Source of the DNA: Candidatus Shapirobacteria bacterium
GTDB lineage: Bacteria; Patescibacteriota; Microgenomatia; UM-FILTER-40-11
DNA: 64,000 bases
Direction of reading: 5' to 3'
NCBI GenBank assembly: GCA_020059745.1
Contig: JAGVBK010000004.1
Coordinates: forward strand, 26,932-90,931
The notes below the pieces were generated by a model that was not told the DNA's origin, did not search any database, and saw only the letters and a program-made list of their open reading frames with translations. How positions within the stretch are numbered: position 1 is the first letter of the stretch; each line of letters begins with the position of its first letter. The position numbers were made by a program, and so were the translations under genes. Below, piece after piece: positions 36,497-46,250 of the stretch.

Positions 36497-37672
36497 TCAT
36501 AACTTTGGCGTCATTTTCCTTATATCCTCAATTACCCGGGGAAGCTTTTCCAAAACATAGTCAATATCTTCTTTAGTGGTTTCTCTTCCCAAGGAAAACC
36601 TAACTGAACCATGAGCTTCTTCCGGAGGTATTCCCATTGCCAAAAGAACATGGGAAGGCTTAAGCTCTCCCGAAGTACAGGCCGAACCCGAAGAAGCAGC
36701 AATTCCTTCTTTGTCCAGTCTTAATAAAACCGCCTCGCCTTCAACATCTCTAAAACTGAAAGAGGCAAGGCCCGGAAGCCTTCTTTCCGCATCTCCAGTT
36801 AAAAATACTCCCGGAATTTTTTCCAATACCCCCTTAATAAGCCGATCTCTTAAAACCGTTACTCTATTTTTGTTTTCTTCTTTTTCTTTTGAAGCAAGCT
36901 CAAAAGCTTTTGCTGCTCCCACAATTAAAGGCACTGCTTCCGTACCCGGACATAAACCAAATTCCTGGTGGCCACCAAAGTAAAGCGGGCTTAAGCTGAC
37001 ATCTTTTTTAACATACAAAACACCAACCCCTTTTGGCCCGCCAAACTTGTGCGGACCTAAGCTTAACAAATCCACTTTCAGCCTTTTAACATCAAGAGGT
37101 AAATATTCAAAAAATGCAGCGGCGTCGGTATGGAAATAAACCCGCCAGTCTTTTTTGCCTTTATTAAAGGCATTTATTATTTCTCCGATTTCTTCGACCG
37201 GCTCAATGGTCCCCACCTCGTTGTTGGCAGACATAACGGAAACCAAAAGGGTTTTTGTTCTTAAGGCCTCTTCTAAAGCTTTAAGGTTAACCTGTCCTTC
37301 CTGGTTAACCGGAAGATAGGAAACTCGGTAACCTCTTTTTTCTAGAGTAATGAAAGTGTCTAAAACCGCATGATGCTCAATTTCGGAGGTTATAAGCTGG
37401 CCAACTTTTTCAGGAAACCTGCCGGTTAAGCCCAATATTGCCAGATTATCGCTTTCAGTAATTGAGCCGGTAAAAACAATCTCTTCCGTCTCGGCATTAA
37501 GAATAGAGGCGATTTTTTCTCTCGCTTCTTCAACCGCAATTCTTGCTTCCTTGCCAAAAGAATGAAGGCTTGAGGCATTGCCAAACTTTTCCCCCCAGTA
37601 AGGCCTCATTGCCTCAACAACTTCAGGCCTTACTGGAGTCGTTGCCGCGTAATCAAGGTATACCTTATCCAC
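36497..37672 (-). CDS. iscS: cysteine desulfurase
   Basis: PLP fold; SGSACTSG active-site loop. Confidence 0.85.
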   Translation of the reverse strand: MDKVYLDYAATTPVRPEVVEAMRPYWGEKFGNASSLHSFGKEARIAVEEAREKIASILNAETEEIVFTGSITESDNLAILGLTGRFPEKVGQLITSEIEHHAVLDTFITLEKRGYRVSYLPVNQEGQVNLKALEEALRTKTLLVSVMSANNEVGTIEPVEEIGEIINAFNKGKKDWRVYFHTDAAAFFEYLPLDVKRLKVDLLSLGPHKFGGPKGVGVLYVKKDVSLSPLYFGGHQEFGLCPGTEAVPLIVGAAKAFELASKEKEENKNRVTVLRDRLIKGVLEKIPGVFLTGDAERRLPGLASFSFRDVEGEAVLLRLDKEGIAASSGSACTSGELKPSHVLLAMGIPPEEAHGSVRFSLGRETTKEDIDYVLEKLPRVIEDIRKMTPKL

Positions 37673-37677
37673 CTGTC

Positions 37678-37944
37678 CTATGCTCCAAAACAGCTCCCCC
37701 CCTCAGGGCAAAGCAGTTTAACACGATAATAAACTTCCCGACCTTCTTTTCTGCTGGCCAGCAATCCTTCTCCCTTCATCTCCTTGAGATGATAGGAAAC
37801 TGTTGGCTGTTTTAACTTCATTATTCTGGTAATATCAGCCACTGTTTTTTCGCCGTGGGTATAAAGGTACTCATAGATCTTCCTCCGCGAAGGGTCCGAC
37901 ATCTGGGGAATTGCAAACGGGCAATGAACATCAATATTAGTCAT
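37678..37944 (-). CDS. ArsR/SmtB-family transcriptional regulator
   Basis: 88 aa winged HTH; C-terminal CPEGGSC. First gene of the isc-kor-zip operon. Confidence 0.7.
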   Translation of the reverse strand: MTNIDVHCPFAIPQMSDPSRRKIYEYLYTHGEKTVADITRIMKLKQPTVSYHLKEMKGEGLLASRKEGREVYYRVKLLCPEGGSCFGA

Positions 37945-38017
37945 ATTTATAGATGATAATCTATACTTTAATTGCCTGTCAAGAGGGAATTTAACTATTT
38001 TTGCTAGAATATGCTAA

Positions 38018-38791
38018 ATGAGCACACAAATCTCAGTAATCATTCCTGCTTACAATGAAGAAAAAAATATCAAAAAATGTCTTCAGTCATTAAAAGCCCA
38101 AACATTCCCTGAAAATAATTTTGAGATTATTTTGATTGACAACAACTGCCAGGATAAAACAGTGGAAATTGCTTCATCGTTTAAGGTAAGGGTAATTAAA
38201 GAGAAAAAACAAGGCATAACTTACGCCCGGATTAAAGGTATCAACAATAGTCTTGCGCCGATTGTCGCTTTCCTTGACGCCGACAGCTCGGTTAACCCTA
38301 ATTGGCTTGATTTTATATACCAAACATTAAGCAAAACCCCGAAGCTGGTCGGCATTGGTTTTGAAGGCAATCTTGAACCTAAAAACAGACTGGTCAAAAT
38401 TGCGGAAAGTTTTCTTCACTGGTTTTATTTTATCAATCCAGTTATGCCCGGGTATTGTTTTTCCTTTAAAAAAGAAGTTTATTTCGCCTGCGGCGGGTTT
38501 AAGCCTGAAGTAAAATTCGGAGAAGATGTTTTTATTTCAAAAAAACTTAAAAGATTCGGCAAAATTATGGTTAAACCCGGTTTTGTAACCACTTCGTCGC
38601 GGCGTTACCTTAATTTCCTCTCTTTAATAAACTATGCTTACAAAACCATTATCTCTTTTATTGCCATTACTCTTTTTGATAAGTCACCGGTAGAACTGAA
38701 AGCTTTTTCCAAAGAAAAATTCCAATTAAACCTTCTTAAAAACAAGAATTTCCCTGGAAACAGTTTGACCGGGCCTGAAGAAAATAACTGA
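38018..38791 (+). CDS. family 2 glycosyltransferase
   Basis: SVIIPAYNEE; DAD motif. Confidence 0.8.
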   Translation: MSTQISVIIPAYNEEKNIKKCLQSLKAQTFPENNFEIILIDNNCQDKTVEIASSFKVRVIKEKKQGITYARIKGINNSLAPIVAFLDADSSVNPNWLDFIYQTLSKTPKLVGIGFEGNLEPKNRLVKIAESFLHWFYFINPVMPGYCFSFKKEVYFACGGFKPEVKFGEDVFISKKLKRFGKIMVKPGFVTTSSRRYLNFLSLINYAYKTIISFIAITLFDKSPVELKAFSKEKFQLNLLKNKNFPGNSLTGPEENN

Positions 38792-40006
38792 ATATCTTTG
38801 GGTTAGGTTAAGATTCAGCTTTTCCCAGCCTTCTGGTTTTTTAAAAAGATAATCTATTTTTTCAAAACCCATTTTTTTAAGTTCGTCCATTATTCCCAAG
38901 CTAAAAAATTCACTTTTAAAACGAAAAACAGGAAAGATAATGACAACACCCCCCCCATCTTTAAGGATTTTTCTAAACTCTAAAAATGCTTTAAGATAAA
39001 GCTCCTCAAGCTTTTTTATTTCTTTCTTTACTTTTCCCAAGTCAAAAGATCTTGCCATAGGCGAGCCTAAATAGGGCTCGGTAACAATTGCGCTTACGGT
39101 TTTGAAGTTTACTTTTGAAGAGATTTTAGTAACATCAGCTTGAAAAAGCTCAATCTTAAAGTCTTTTTTATTAAGATTAAACCTGCTAAAAAGCCACTCC
39201 AGGTTAAGCTTGGTATCGTTTATTGATTTTGCGCTTGAATCAGAACCAATCAAATTTTTATAGCCTAAAAGAGAAAGTTCCTGAAGCATGGTGCCGCTGC
39301 CGCAAAAGGGGTCCAGAAAAAGTTCTTTTTTTTCTTTGCCCGCCAGGTTAATCATCATTTTAGCAAGCTTTGGCGGAACCATTCCCGCCTTAGGATCTCT
39401 TGCCGGCCGACCGTAATCTCTTAAGCTATAGCTTTCATAATCCTGAACTATCTCTGTTTTACCAAGGTAAACACCTTCTTTGGCAGAAAACAAAACCATC
39501 TCAAAGCCTTCAGAAAGAAGATTGTGTTCTTTTACGGCCACGCTCGAAAACTCTCTTTCTTTGCGGGAAAGATAATTTATATTTATGCCTTCTTCCTCAA
39601 AAAGCGACTTTATCTTTCTTAAACTGGAAGGAACTTGATAAAAAATTTCATTAAGCCTCTTAAACCCGCCCCCTGCGCCGTAAACACTAATACCAAAACG
39701 GTAACTTTCTTTTTTTTGAGGAAGGAAAAATTCTTGAAATTCTTTGCTCTTAACTTCGGCAATAATTTCCTCAACACTTTGCTTTAAGGAAAAAATTCTG
39801 CCAGCCTTAACCACGCTTCCCAATTCTGCCATTAGAAAATTAATCTTAAAACTATCTTTGGTTTCAATTAGAAGCACTTCTTCTGAGGCAGCTAAAATCA
39901 AGAAATCATGTCCTTCTCTGGTAAGGGTATTAACCACATCAATTTTGCATAGCGTGTGGTTGGTTCCTAAAACAAAGAAATATATATTTTTTTCCATCAC
40001 GCTCAT
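38726..40006 (-). CDS. THUMP-domain class I SAM-dependent RNA methyltransferase (putative tRNA m2G-type)
   Basis: DPFCGSGT (motif I) and TEPY (DPPY-like). Confidence 0.55.
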   Translation of the reverse strand: MSVMEKNIYFFVLGTNHTLCKIDVVNTLTREGHDFLILAASEEVLLIETKDSFKINFLMAELGSVVKAGRIFSLKQSVEEIIAEVKSKEFQEFFLPQKKESYRFGISVYGAGGGFKRLNEIFYQVPSSLRKIKSLFEEEGININYLSRKEREFSSVAVKEHNLLSEGFEMVLFSAKEGVYLGKTEIVQDYESYSLRDYGRPARDPKAGMVPPKLAKMMINLAGKEKKELFLDPFCGSGTMLQELSLLGYKNLIGSDSSAKSINDTKLNLEWLFSRFNLNKKDFKIELFQADVTKISSKVNFKTVSAIVTEPYLGSPMARSFDLGKVKKEIKKLEELYLKAFLEFRKILKDGGGVVIIFPVFRFKSEFFSLGIMDELKKMGFEKIDYLFKKPEGWEKLNLNLTQRYSVIFFRPGQTVSREILVFKKV

Positions 40007-40022
40007 TTTCCCTCAAACCAGA

Positions 40023-41276
40023 CTAATTAGCAAATCTGTATGCTTTATCTCCTAAAAATCCATTTACTTCGCTTTTAATCATCTTCCCTTTTAAAAGCAC
40101 GGCCGGGTAAACCGTTAGTTCTCCAAATTCCTTATTAACCTTATCCATAGCCCAGGTCAATTTCTCTTTCTTTTGTTCTTCCGGAAAAAGGCTTAAAGTA
40201 AGAATCTTTTTATCGGCAAGAAGCCCCATCCAAACCCCCAAAAACCTGACTGAGCCCGGCCATTTCATTTTCAAAAAAAGCTCCCAAACAATCTCAAAAA
40301 GGTCACTTCCTTTATCAAGAAAGTACCTAACTGTTTTGTGTCTCCCGTCTCCTGTCCTTTCTCCGTTGGCAAGCTCGCCCCTAACGCTCAAACCCACCAT
40401 TCGGCCTGCCATTTTCATTTCTCTTGCTTTAAAAGCAGCTTCCTCGCAAAGATTCCTAAGAGTTGCTTTAATAAGATCAACTTCTTTTGTGTTTTCATAA
40501 AGAGTAAAGGTCCGGGAAACTGATTTTGCCTTGGAAATCTCACCCACCCTGGTAAGAAAAGAGTCATCCTCACCACAAGAAAGCTTTTTAAGCTCCTTGG
40601 CCCAAAAGGGGCCAACTCCTATTTTTAAATTCTCGATAGGAATTTCTCTTAGACTTTTAAAATTGGTTATTCCCATACTAAAAAGCTTTTTTTCCAAACG
40701 ATGGCCCAAACCACAAACATCGGAAAGTTTGGCTTTAAACAAAACCTTGTCTCGATTTTCAGGAGTGATTGCAAAAACCCCATTTGGCTTATTTATAGGC
40801 GAAGCTAGTTTTGCCAATAATCGGTTATAAGAAATGCCAATAGAACAAGTAATGTGTTCACCAACTTCTCTTTTTAAGTCTTCTTTTATTTTCTGACAAA
40901 TACCCGAAACTCCACTAAAAAAAGCTTGCGTTTGGGTAACATTCAAAAAAAGCTCGTCAATGGAAAAGACTTCTAAATCCGGAGAGTAACGGGAACAAAT
41001 CTCAATAAATCTTTTGGTTACTGAATAGTATTTATCAAAATCCGAAGGAACCAAAGCAATTCCTGGGCAAATTTTTTTAGCCTCATAAGAAGAAGTCCCT
41101 GTTTTTATGCCAATTTTTTTAGCTTCTTTAGAAGCAGCAATAATACAGCTCCTGCCCTCGCCTTTAATTATTCCCACTGGCCTACCTGCCAAGGCTGGGT
41201 TAGCCTGCTGTTCAACAGAGGCAAAAAAAGAATCCATGTCCAGATGCAAAATAATTGGCATAAACTTAAAACTCAA
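40023..41276 (-). CDS. dinB: Y-family DNA polymerase IV
   Basis: N-terminus ILHLDMDSFFASVE; little-finger domain. Confidence 0.85.
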   Translation of the reverse strand: MSFKFMPIILHLDMDSFFASVEQQANPALAGRPVGIIKGEGRSCIIAASKEAKKIGIKTGTSSYEAKKICPGIALVPSDFDKYYSVTKRFIEICSRYSPDLEVFSIDELFLNVTQTQAFFSGVSGICQKIKEDLKREVGEHITCSIGISYNRLLAKLASPINKPNGVFAITPENRDKVLFKAKLSDVCGLGHRLEKKLFSMGITNFKSLREIPIENLKIGVGPFWAKELKKLSCGEDDSFLTRVGEISKAKSVSRTFTLYENTKEVDLIKATLRNLCEEAAFKAREMKMAGRMVGLSVRGELANGERTGDGRHKTVRYFLDKGSDLFEIVWELFLKMKWPGSVRFLGVWMGLLADKKILTLSLFPEEQKKEKLTWAMDKVNKEFGELTVYPAVLLKGKMIKSEVNGFLGDKAYRFAN

Positions 41277-41379
41277 AATTCTAAACTCTAAATAATTTCA
41301 AAAATCAAATTTTAAATGTCAAAATTTTTGATTTTAAACATTTGAGTTTATTTAGGGTTTTGTGTTTGGTGTTTAGTGT

Positions 41380-41619
41380 TTAAAATATCTTCGTTATTTC
41401 CCAAGAAAATTTCTGTTGATTAAAAGCAAGCTCAAATACCGCATTTCCAGTATCAACTGAAAAGTAAGTAATTTTATCGCTGCCAATGTTTTTGGAGTAA
41501 ATAAAAACAGTTTGAAGAATTTTATAGTTCCGGTTGCGCCAGGAAAAAACAAAGGGTTTAATTCTTCCGTTTTCAAAGAGACAAACTACCCTGACTTTTT
41601 CGTTGATCTTTGTATCCAT
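41380..41619 (-). CDS. hypothetical small protein downstream of dinB (possible YolD-like partner)
   Basis: 79 aa; position only. Confidence 0.3.
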   Translation of the reverse strand: MDTKINEKVRVVCLFENGRIKPFVFSWRNRNYKILQTVFIYSKNIGSDKITYFSVDTGNAVFELAFNQQKFSWEITKIF

Positions 41620-41661
41620 AGACCAACTTTAACCGAAGAAAACCCGAAAAGTCAAGTACTT

Positions 41662-41823
41662 TTAAACCGGAATTTCGTCGTCAACCGGCTTTTGTTCAGT
41701 AGCGCCAAAAAGACTCATTTCCTGACCGCAACAAAATAAACTTCCTCTGCCAACTTTTATGACCTTTACCTCATTGCCGCAAACGTTGCAGCGGTAATGC
41801 TCACCAACGGTCTTAACTGCCAT
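41662..41823 (-). CDS. desulforedoxin-like small protein (53 aa); shorter than the ORF-track cutoff
   Basis: MAVKTVGEHYRCNVCGNEVKVIKVGRGSLFCCGQEMSLF with the CxxCG...CCG rubredoxin-like centre. Strong SD AAAGGAGGTG 7 nt upstream. Confidence 0.6.
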   Translation of the reverse strand: MAVKTVGEHYRCNVCGNEVKVIKVGRGSLFCCGQEMSLFGATEQKPVDDEIPV

Positions 41824-41919
41824 AAACACCTCCTTTAAAGGATTGTAACCAAAAGGATAGCTCTAGTCAAAAAAACAGGTAGCCTTAAGGCTACCTGTTA
41901 AAGGAGACAGCAACTTTTT

Positions 41920-42066
41920 TTATTTGTTTTTATTATTGTTGTATTTTCTGCTTCTGGCCAGTCCGCCTTTTCGGCCTGCTTCAGCATGAGCTTTTGGGTT
42001 GCCAAACCAACCTCTGCCCCGGGGTGTTTGATTATCCATCATTTGCACATCGTCTTTATCTGCCAT
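41920..42066 (-). CDS. KGG-repeat stress-induced protein-like (48 aa); shorter than the ORF-track cutoff
   Basis: MADKDDVQMMDNQTPRGRGWFGNPKAHAEAGRKGGLARSRKYNNNKNK; AEAGRKGG matches the YciG/KGG motif. SD GGGGGGTG upstream. Confidence 0.5.
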   Translation of the reverse strand: MADKDDVQMMDNQTPRGRGWFGNPKAHAEAGRKGGLARSRKYNNNKNK

Positions 42067-42232
42067 TTTTATCACCCCCCTTCAAAAATAGATTTTTCAT
42101 TACTAAGCAAAATCTTATTGTGCTTGATTAAGTTAATTGCTAAGGATCAGTAAGAGTTTTGTAAGAAAGATTGAAATCGCCTCAAAAATAGCGTACGATA
42201 GCCATGATTAAAAAAATGGAGGGGTAAAAAAA

Positions 42233-42904
42233 ATGGTAAGAAATATACTGGTAATTGAAGACGAAAAAGATCTAAATCGCTACATAAAAGAGCTTCTTAC
42301 CGACAACGGCTATTCGGTCCAGGCAGCCACAAAAGGAACAGAGGCTTTGGAAATCATTAAAAAAACCGAGCCTGATTTAATTATTCTTGACCTAGGTCTT
42401 CCTGATATTGACGGCGAAAACATCTGCCGGCAAATTAAAAAAGAGCACCCTGATCTTCCCATCATTATTCTGACTGCCAAGGACGGAGTTTCCAACATTG
42501 TTCACGGCCTTGATATTGGCGCTGACGATTACATGACCAAACCATTTGACGGCGATGAGCTTTTAGCCCGGATTAAAGCAAGGCTAAGAAAAGTGCCAGG
42601 CTCAGCCGAAAGACTCAAAATTGCTGATCTTGAACTTAACCCCACTAATCACGAAGTTAAAAGAGGCAATAAAATTCTCAGGCTTACACCCCAAGAGTTT
42701 AAATTGCTTCATTATTTAATGGTTAACAAGGGGAGGATTTTAACCAGGGACATGATCTTAAGCCGACTTTGGGATTCTTCTCCCGACATTGAAACCAGGG
42801 TAGTTGATGTTTACATCGGTTACTTAAGAAAGAAAATTGATGTTGATTTTGATAAAAAGCTGCTTTATTCTGTCCGTGGTTTTGGTTATATGATTAAAGA
42901 ATAA
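42233..42904 (+). CDS. OmpR/PhoB-family response regulator
   Basis: Receiver domain with D at ~53; C-terminal winged helix. Confidence 0.85.
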   Translation: MVRNILVIEDEKDLNRYIKELLTDNGYSVQAATKGTEALEIIKKTEPDLIILDLGLPDIDGENICRQIKKEHPDLPIIILTAKDGVSNIVHGLDIGADDYMTKPFDGDELLARIKARLRKVPGSAERLKIADLELNPTNHEVKRGNKILRLTPQEFKLLHYLMVNKGRILTRDMILSRLWDSSPDIETRVVDVYIGYLRKKIDVDFDKKLLYSVRGFGYMIKE

Positions 42905-44157
42905 AGCTCGTCTTTTTTCCTTTCTTTAATCTTAAGCGGCAGAGTTACCCTAAAGATAGAACCTTTGCCCAAAGTGCTCTCAACTTCAATTTTCCCCCGG
43001 TAATAGCGCAGAATTCTTTCCGTAATATAAAGGCCCAAACCTACTCCTGAAGAAGATTTTTTCCCTGAAACTGAGCGGTAAAAGGGCTGGAATACTTTTG
43101 TTTTATCCTCTTTGCTTATGCCAACTCCAAAGTCCTGAACCTCAATCTGAAGACTGCTTTCATCCGAAGAGAGTCTGACAACAACTTTATCAGCTTCCGG
43201 CGAATATTTAACCGCGTTTGAAAGAAGATTATTTATAGCCTGAGTTATTCTGGTTTTATCAGCAAAAATCTTTTTTTGAGTTTGTCCCTCAAGAACAATT
43301 TCATGCCGATGCTCGTCAATGAGACTAGCCTGAAAATCCCTTACAAGTTCTTTTACCAAGCGATCAAAACTAAAAAGCTCGTCGCTAAATTCCATTTTTC
43401 CGGCTCTTAGCCTGGAAAGATCGGTAATGTCGTTTATTATCTTTGTTAAGTGGTTGACTTTTTTGTCAATTTTTTTTAGATAAGAGACTGTCTCGACATC
43501 ACCCCTTTTTTCTAGTTTCTTAATTAAAAGCTGAGAAAAGCCTTTAATCGTGGCCAGTGGATTTTTAAGCTCATGCCCTAAAAAAATGTCTTTTTCCTTT
43601 TCTCTTTCTTTCCTCTCAGAAATATCAACAACATAGCTTATGCCCCTGTAATCCTCTGCTTCAATAAAAGCGCCACCGACTAAAACCGGAACGGTTTGAC
43701 CGTCTTTCCCAAGAAGCTCTTTTTCATAAGGTTTGCAGGAACCGCTTTTTGCCATTTGTCTATAGGCTCTCTCGTCCGCTTCCCAAAATTCAGGCGGAGT
43801 CAGCTCTTTTAAGCTAAACCTTTCTTTAAGAACTTCTTGCCTTTGGTAGCCAAGAATGTTTAAAAAAGCATCATTAAAATCAACAATTTCTTGCTTTTCG
43901 TTCCATAAAACAAGACCGATCATGTTTGACTCGGCAATCACTTTGAATTTTGCCTCACTTTGAGCCAGTCTTTCTTTTAGATAATTTCTCTCTGCAAATT
44001 CTTCTTTTAGAGTTATCTCCTCAACCGTTTTTTCTTTCACAGGCAGTGAAGTGTCAGAAGAAACATATTCTCTTTGGGCAGGTATATTTCTTTTCATTCC
44101 AATTTTCTTTCTAACTAAGCTGATTTTATCATCATTGCAACTTGTAAAAGAAATCAC
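42886..44157 (-). CDS. sensor histidine kinase with PAS domain (cytoplasmic)
   Basis: H-box HELKNPL; N, G1 and G2 boxes. Confidence 0.8.
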   Translation of the reverse strand: MISFTSCNDDKISLVRKKIGMKRNIPAQREYVSSDTSLPVKEKTVEEITLKEEFAERNYLKERLAQSEAKFKVIAESNMIGLVLWNEKQEIVDFNDAFLNILGYQRQEVLKERFSLKELTPPEFWEADERAYRQMAKSGSCKPYEKELLGKDGQTVPVLVGGAFIEAEDYRGISYVVDISERKEREKEKDIFLGHELKNPLATIKGFSQLLIKKLEKRGDVETVSYLKKIDKKVNHLTKIINDITDLSRLRAGKMEFSDELFSFDRLVKELVRDFQASLIDEHRHEIVLEGQTQKKIFADKTRITQAINNLLSNAVKYSPEADKVVVRLSSDESSLQIEVQDFGVGISKEDKTKVFQPFYRSVSGKKSSSGVGLGLYITERILRYYRGKIEVESTLGKGSIFRVTLPLKIKERKKDELYSLII

Positions 44158-44252
44158 AGCTTAGCCGTTAAAAAATGAAGTTTCTTTCTGCCTCATTGTC
44201 TTTTTAAGGAATTAAAATTAAGTCGCAGAAAGGTAATAATTAGGTAAGAAAC

Positions 44253-45059
44253 CTATTTTTCTTTTTTGAGAGATGAAAAAATACCAGTTTTTTTTATTGC
44301 CATATCTAAGCTTTTCTCAAGTTCGCTTTCAATTTCTTGCTCGGGAGTTGGGGCCGGTAGCTCACCCTTAGGCGGAGGCAGACGATCCTGGACCTTCTCC
44401 TCAATCAGGTTTAAAAGATCATCAGTATATGTGTCTTCGTAAAGCTCCGGCCTGAAGGGAATAGTTAAGCTGTCAACCAAACGAAGAGCAGTATCAAGTT
44501 CTTTTAGGGTAATTTCCTCTGACTTGGGAAGATTAAGTTCTTTTTGTTTTTTTATCTCCCAATCAAAACGCATTTGGTTAAGAAAAATTACGTTATCTTC
44601 AGCCTTAAGGATTCCCAGATGCTCTCTTGTTCTTATTACAAATTTGACAACACCAACCTTTTCCGAACGCTTAAGCGCTTCCCTTAAAAGGGCATATGAT
44701 TTTCTGCTCCCCTCCTCAGGTTCCAAAAAATAAGGCTTTTCCAAATACTTGGGATTAATTTCCTCTTCCTTGACAAAGTTCATCACCTCAATAGCTCTTG
44801 TCCGGTAAACATTGGCCCTTTCTAAGTCGTCATCCGTAACAGTCACATATTTTCCTTCTTTATACTCATACCCTCTTACAATATCGCTAAAAGCAACCTC
44901 CTCCCCTGTTTTGGCGCAAACGCGCACATATTGAATCGGACATAAATCTTTTTTTCTTAAAAAGAAAAATCTAAGTTTTTTTTGGTCCGTGGCATTATAA
45001 ATCTTAACCGGTATTCTCACCAAGCCAAAATCAATAAAACCGATTTTGATAGGCTTCAT
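44253..45059 (-). CDS. ku: Ku protein (NHEJ DNA end-binding)
   Basis: Ku core (IGFIDFGLVRIPVKIY) with an acidic C-terminal tail. Start taken as the Met at 45059. Confidence 0.8.
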   Translation of the reverse strand: MKPIKIGFIDFGLVRIPVKIYNATDQKKLRFFFLRKKDLCPIQYVRVCAKTGEEVAFSDIVRGYEYKEGKYVTVTDDDLERANVYRTRAIEVMNFVKEEEINPKYLEKPYFLEPEEGSRKSYALLREALKRSEKVGVVKFVIRTREHLGILKAEDNVIFLNQMRFDWEIKKQKELNLPKSEEITLKELDTALRLVDSLTIPFRPELYEDTYTDDLLNLIEEKVQDRLPPPKGELPAPTPEQEIESELEKSLDMAIKKTGIFSSLKKEK

Positions 45060-45165
45060 AAAAAAAACCTTATCTTTTAGGCTTAAACCCCAAGTCAAAA
45101 CCTGGTAATAAGAAGGAAAGATTTTACTATTGCATTTAAAAGAAAGTTAAGGTTAAATCTCAATT

Positions 45166-45639
45166 ATGCCTTTAATCGGGTTTTTTGACCAAAAAGACCA
45201 AAAAGAAGTAAATGGATTTATTGACGAAATTTTTTCGGAAATGGGTTGGAAAAAAGATTTTCTTTACGGAACAGAAGACATTGCCTCCTTTTTTAGCGGA
45301 AAAAGGGACGCTTTTTTTGTGGTAAAGGAAAATAACCAAATCACTGGAACCCTGGGCCTCAAAGAACTTGAAAACGGTAAAGGACTTTTAAAAAGGTTTT
45401 ATCTTGACAAAAATTGCCGGGGCCGGGGCGTTGCCCAAGATTTGCTAAAAAAAGCAGTTGAGTTTGCCCGAGAAAAAAGCTATGAAACTCTGGTTTTAGA
45501 CACCCAAGCCGATAACCTAAGGGCCCAAAGATTTTATGAAAAAAGCGGTTTTGTTCCTTTTAACCCTGAACCCAACCAAAAATGGCCTGAGTCGCTTCAT
45601 CCTGATATTTTTGTCTACAGAATGCTTAAACTGTCCTAA
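45166..45639 (+). CDS. GNAT-family N-acetyltransferase
   Basis: RGRGVAQ motif A. Confidence 0.75.
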   Translation: MPLIGFFDQKDQKEVNGFIDEIFSEMGWKKDFLYGTEDIASFFSGKRDAFFVVKENNQITGTLGLKELENGKGLLKRFYLDKNCRGRGVAQDLLKKAVEFAREKSYETLVLDTQADNLRAQRFYEKSGFVPFNPEPNQKWPESLHPDIFVYRMLKLS

Positions 45640-45693
45640 TTTACTAATTTGTTACAGATTTCATAACTAATCTTTGGAAGTTAAGCTTAGGCT

Positions 45694-46041
45694 TTGGCTA
45701 TGGCTGGTTTTAAATGGGGAAACTGGAATTATCCCCCCTGGGGCAGGGGTGTTTACACGCTTCCTTACCGGGCTTATCAGGAGGGCTCTTGTGCAGATTA
45801 TCAAGCTCTTGACCTGCGCTTAATGACAGACGAGGACTTAAGAGAAAATGTTATTTGGGCAATTTATGCCAATCCGGAAATTCCCAAAGAAGAAAAAGAC
45901 AAGATTGAAGTTAAAGCAAAAAATAAAACAGTGGTTCTTTCAGGAAAAGTCAAAAACCGCAAAAATAAAATCAGGGCATTTGTCTCGGCTCTGCAAACAC
46001 CCGGAGCAAGAAGTGTTAAAAACAACATCAAAGTAGCTTAA
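45694..46041 (+). CDS. BON-domain protein with aromatic-rich N-terminus
   Basis: C-terminal BON-like segment (IEVKAKNKTVVLSGKV); N-terminal W/Y/P-rich. Confidence 0.55.
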   Translation: MAMAGFKWGNWNYPPWGRGVYTLPYRAYQEGSCADYQALDLRLMTDEDLRENVIWAIYANPEIPKEEKDKIEVKAKNKTVVLSGKVKNRKNKIRAFVSALQTPGARSVKNNIKVA

Positions 46042-46137
46042 GATTAGTCCTTTTCCCATTCTCCAGTCGGGGTCTTTGTACTGATCCCAGGCACTATTAA
46101 AGGCCTCACGGTAAATGTCTTTTGCCTGCTCAGGCAA
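46042..46137 (-). pseudogene. ChaB-family gene remnant (N-terminal and C-terminal motifs only; middle deleted)
   Basis: TTG...PEQAKDIYREAFNSAWDQYKD matches the ChaB core. A frame shift gives ..GEWEKD, resembling the ChaB C-terminus. About 40 aa are missing. Confidence 0.35.
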
Positions 46138-46250
46138 GTCAGTTTTATTTAGATTAAAAATAAGTTATAAAAAAATAAGGGCTTCTTACTTTTTTATTAC
46201 CACCTTATTTTCCCCGGTTAAACATAAAAAAATATCGTTAAAAAAAGGAG

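Noticed and set aside
41277-41400. AT-rich dyads and a GTGTTT x3 run upstream of dinB, considered as a LexA/SOS box
   Set aside because: The dyads are imperfect (TCAAAATTTTTGA is not self-complementary). They do not match any LexA consensus I can recall, and no lexA gene is present in the window. Left unannotated.
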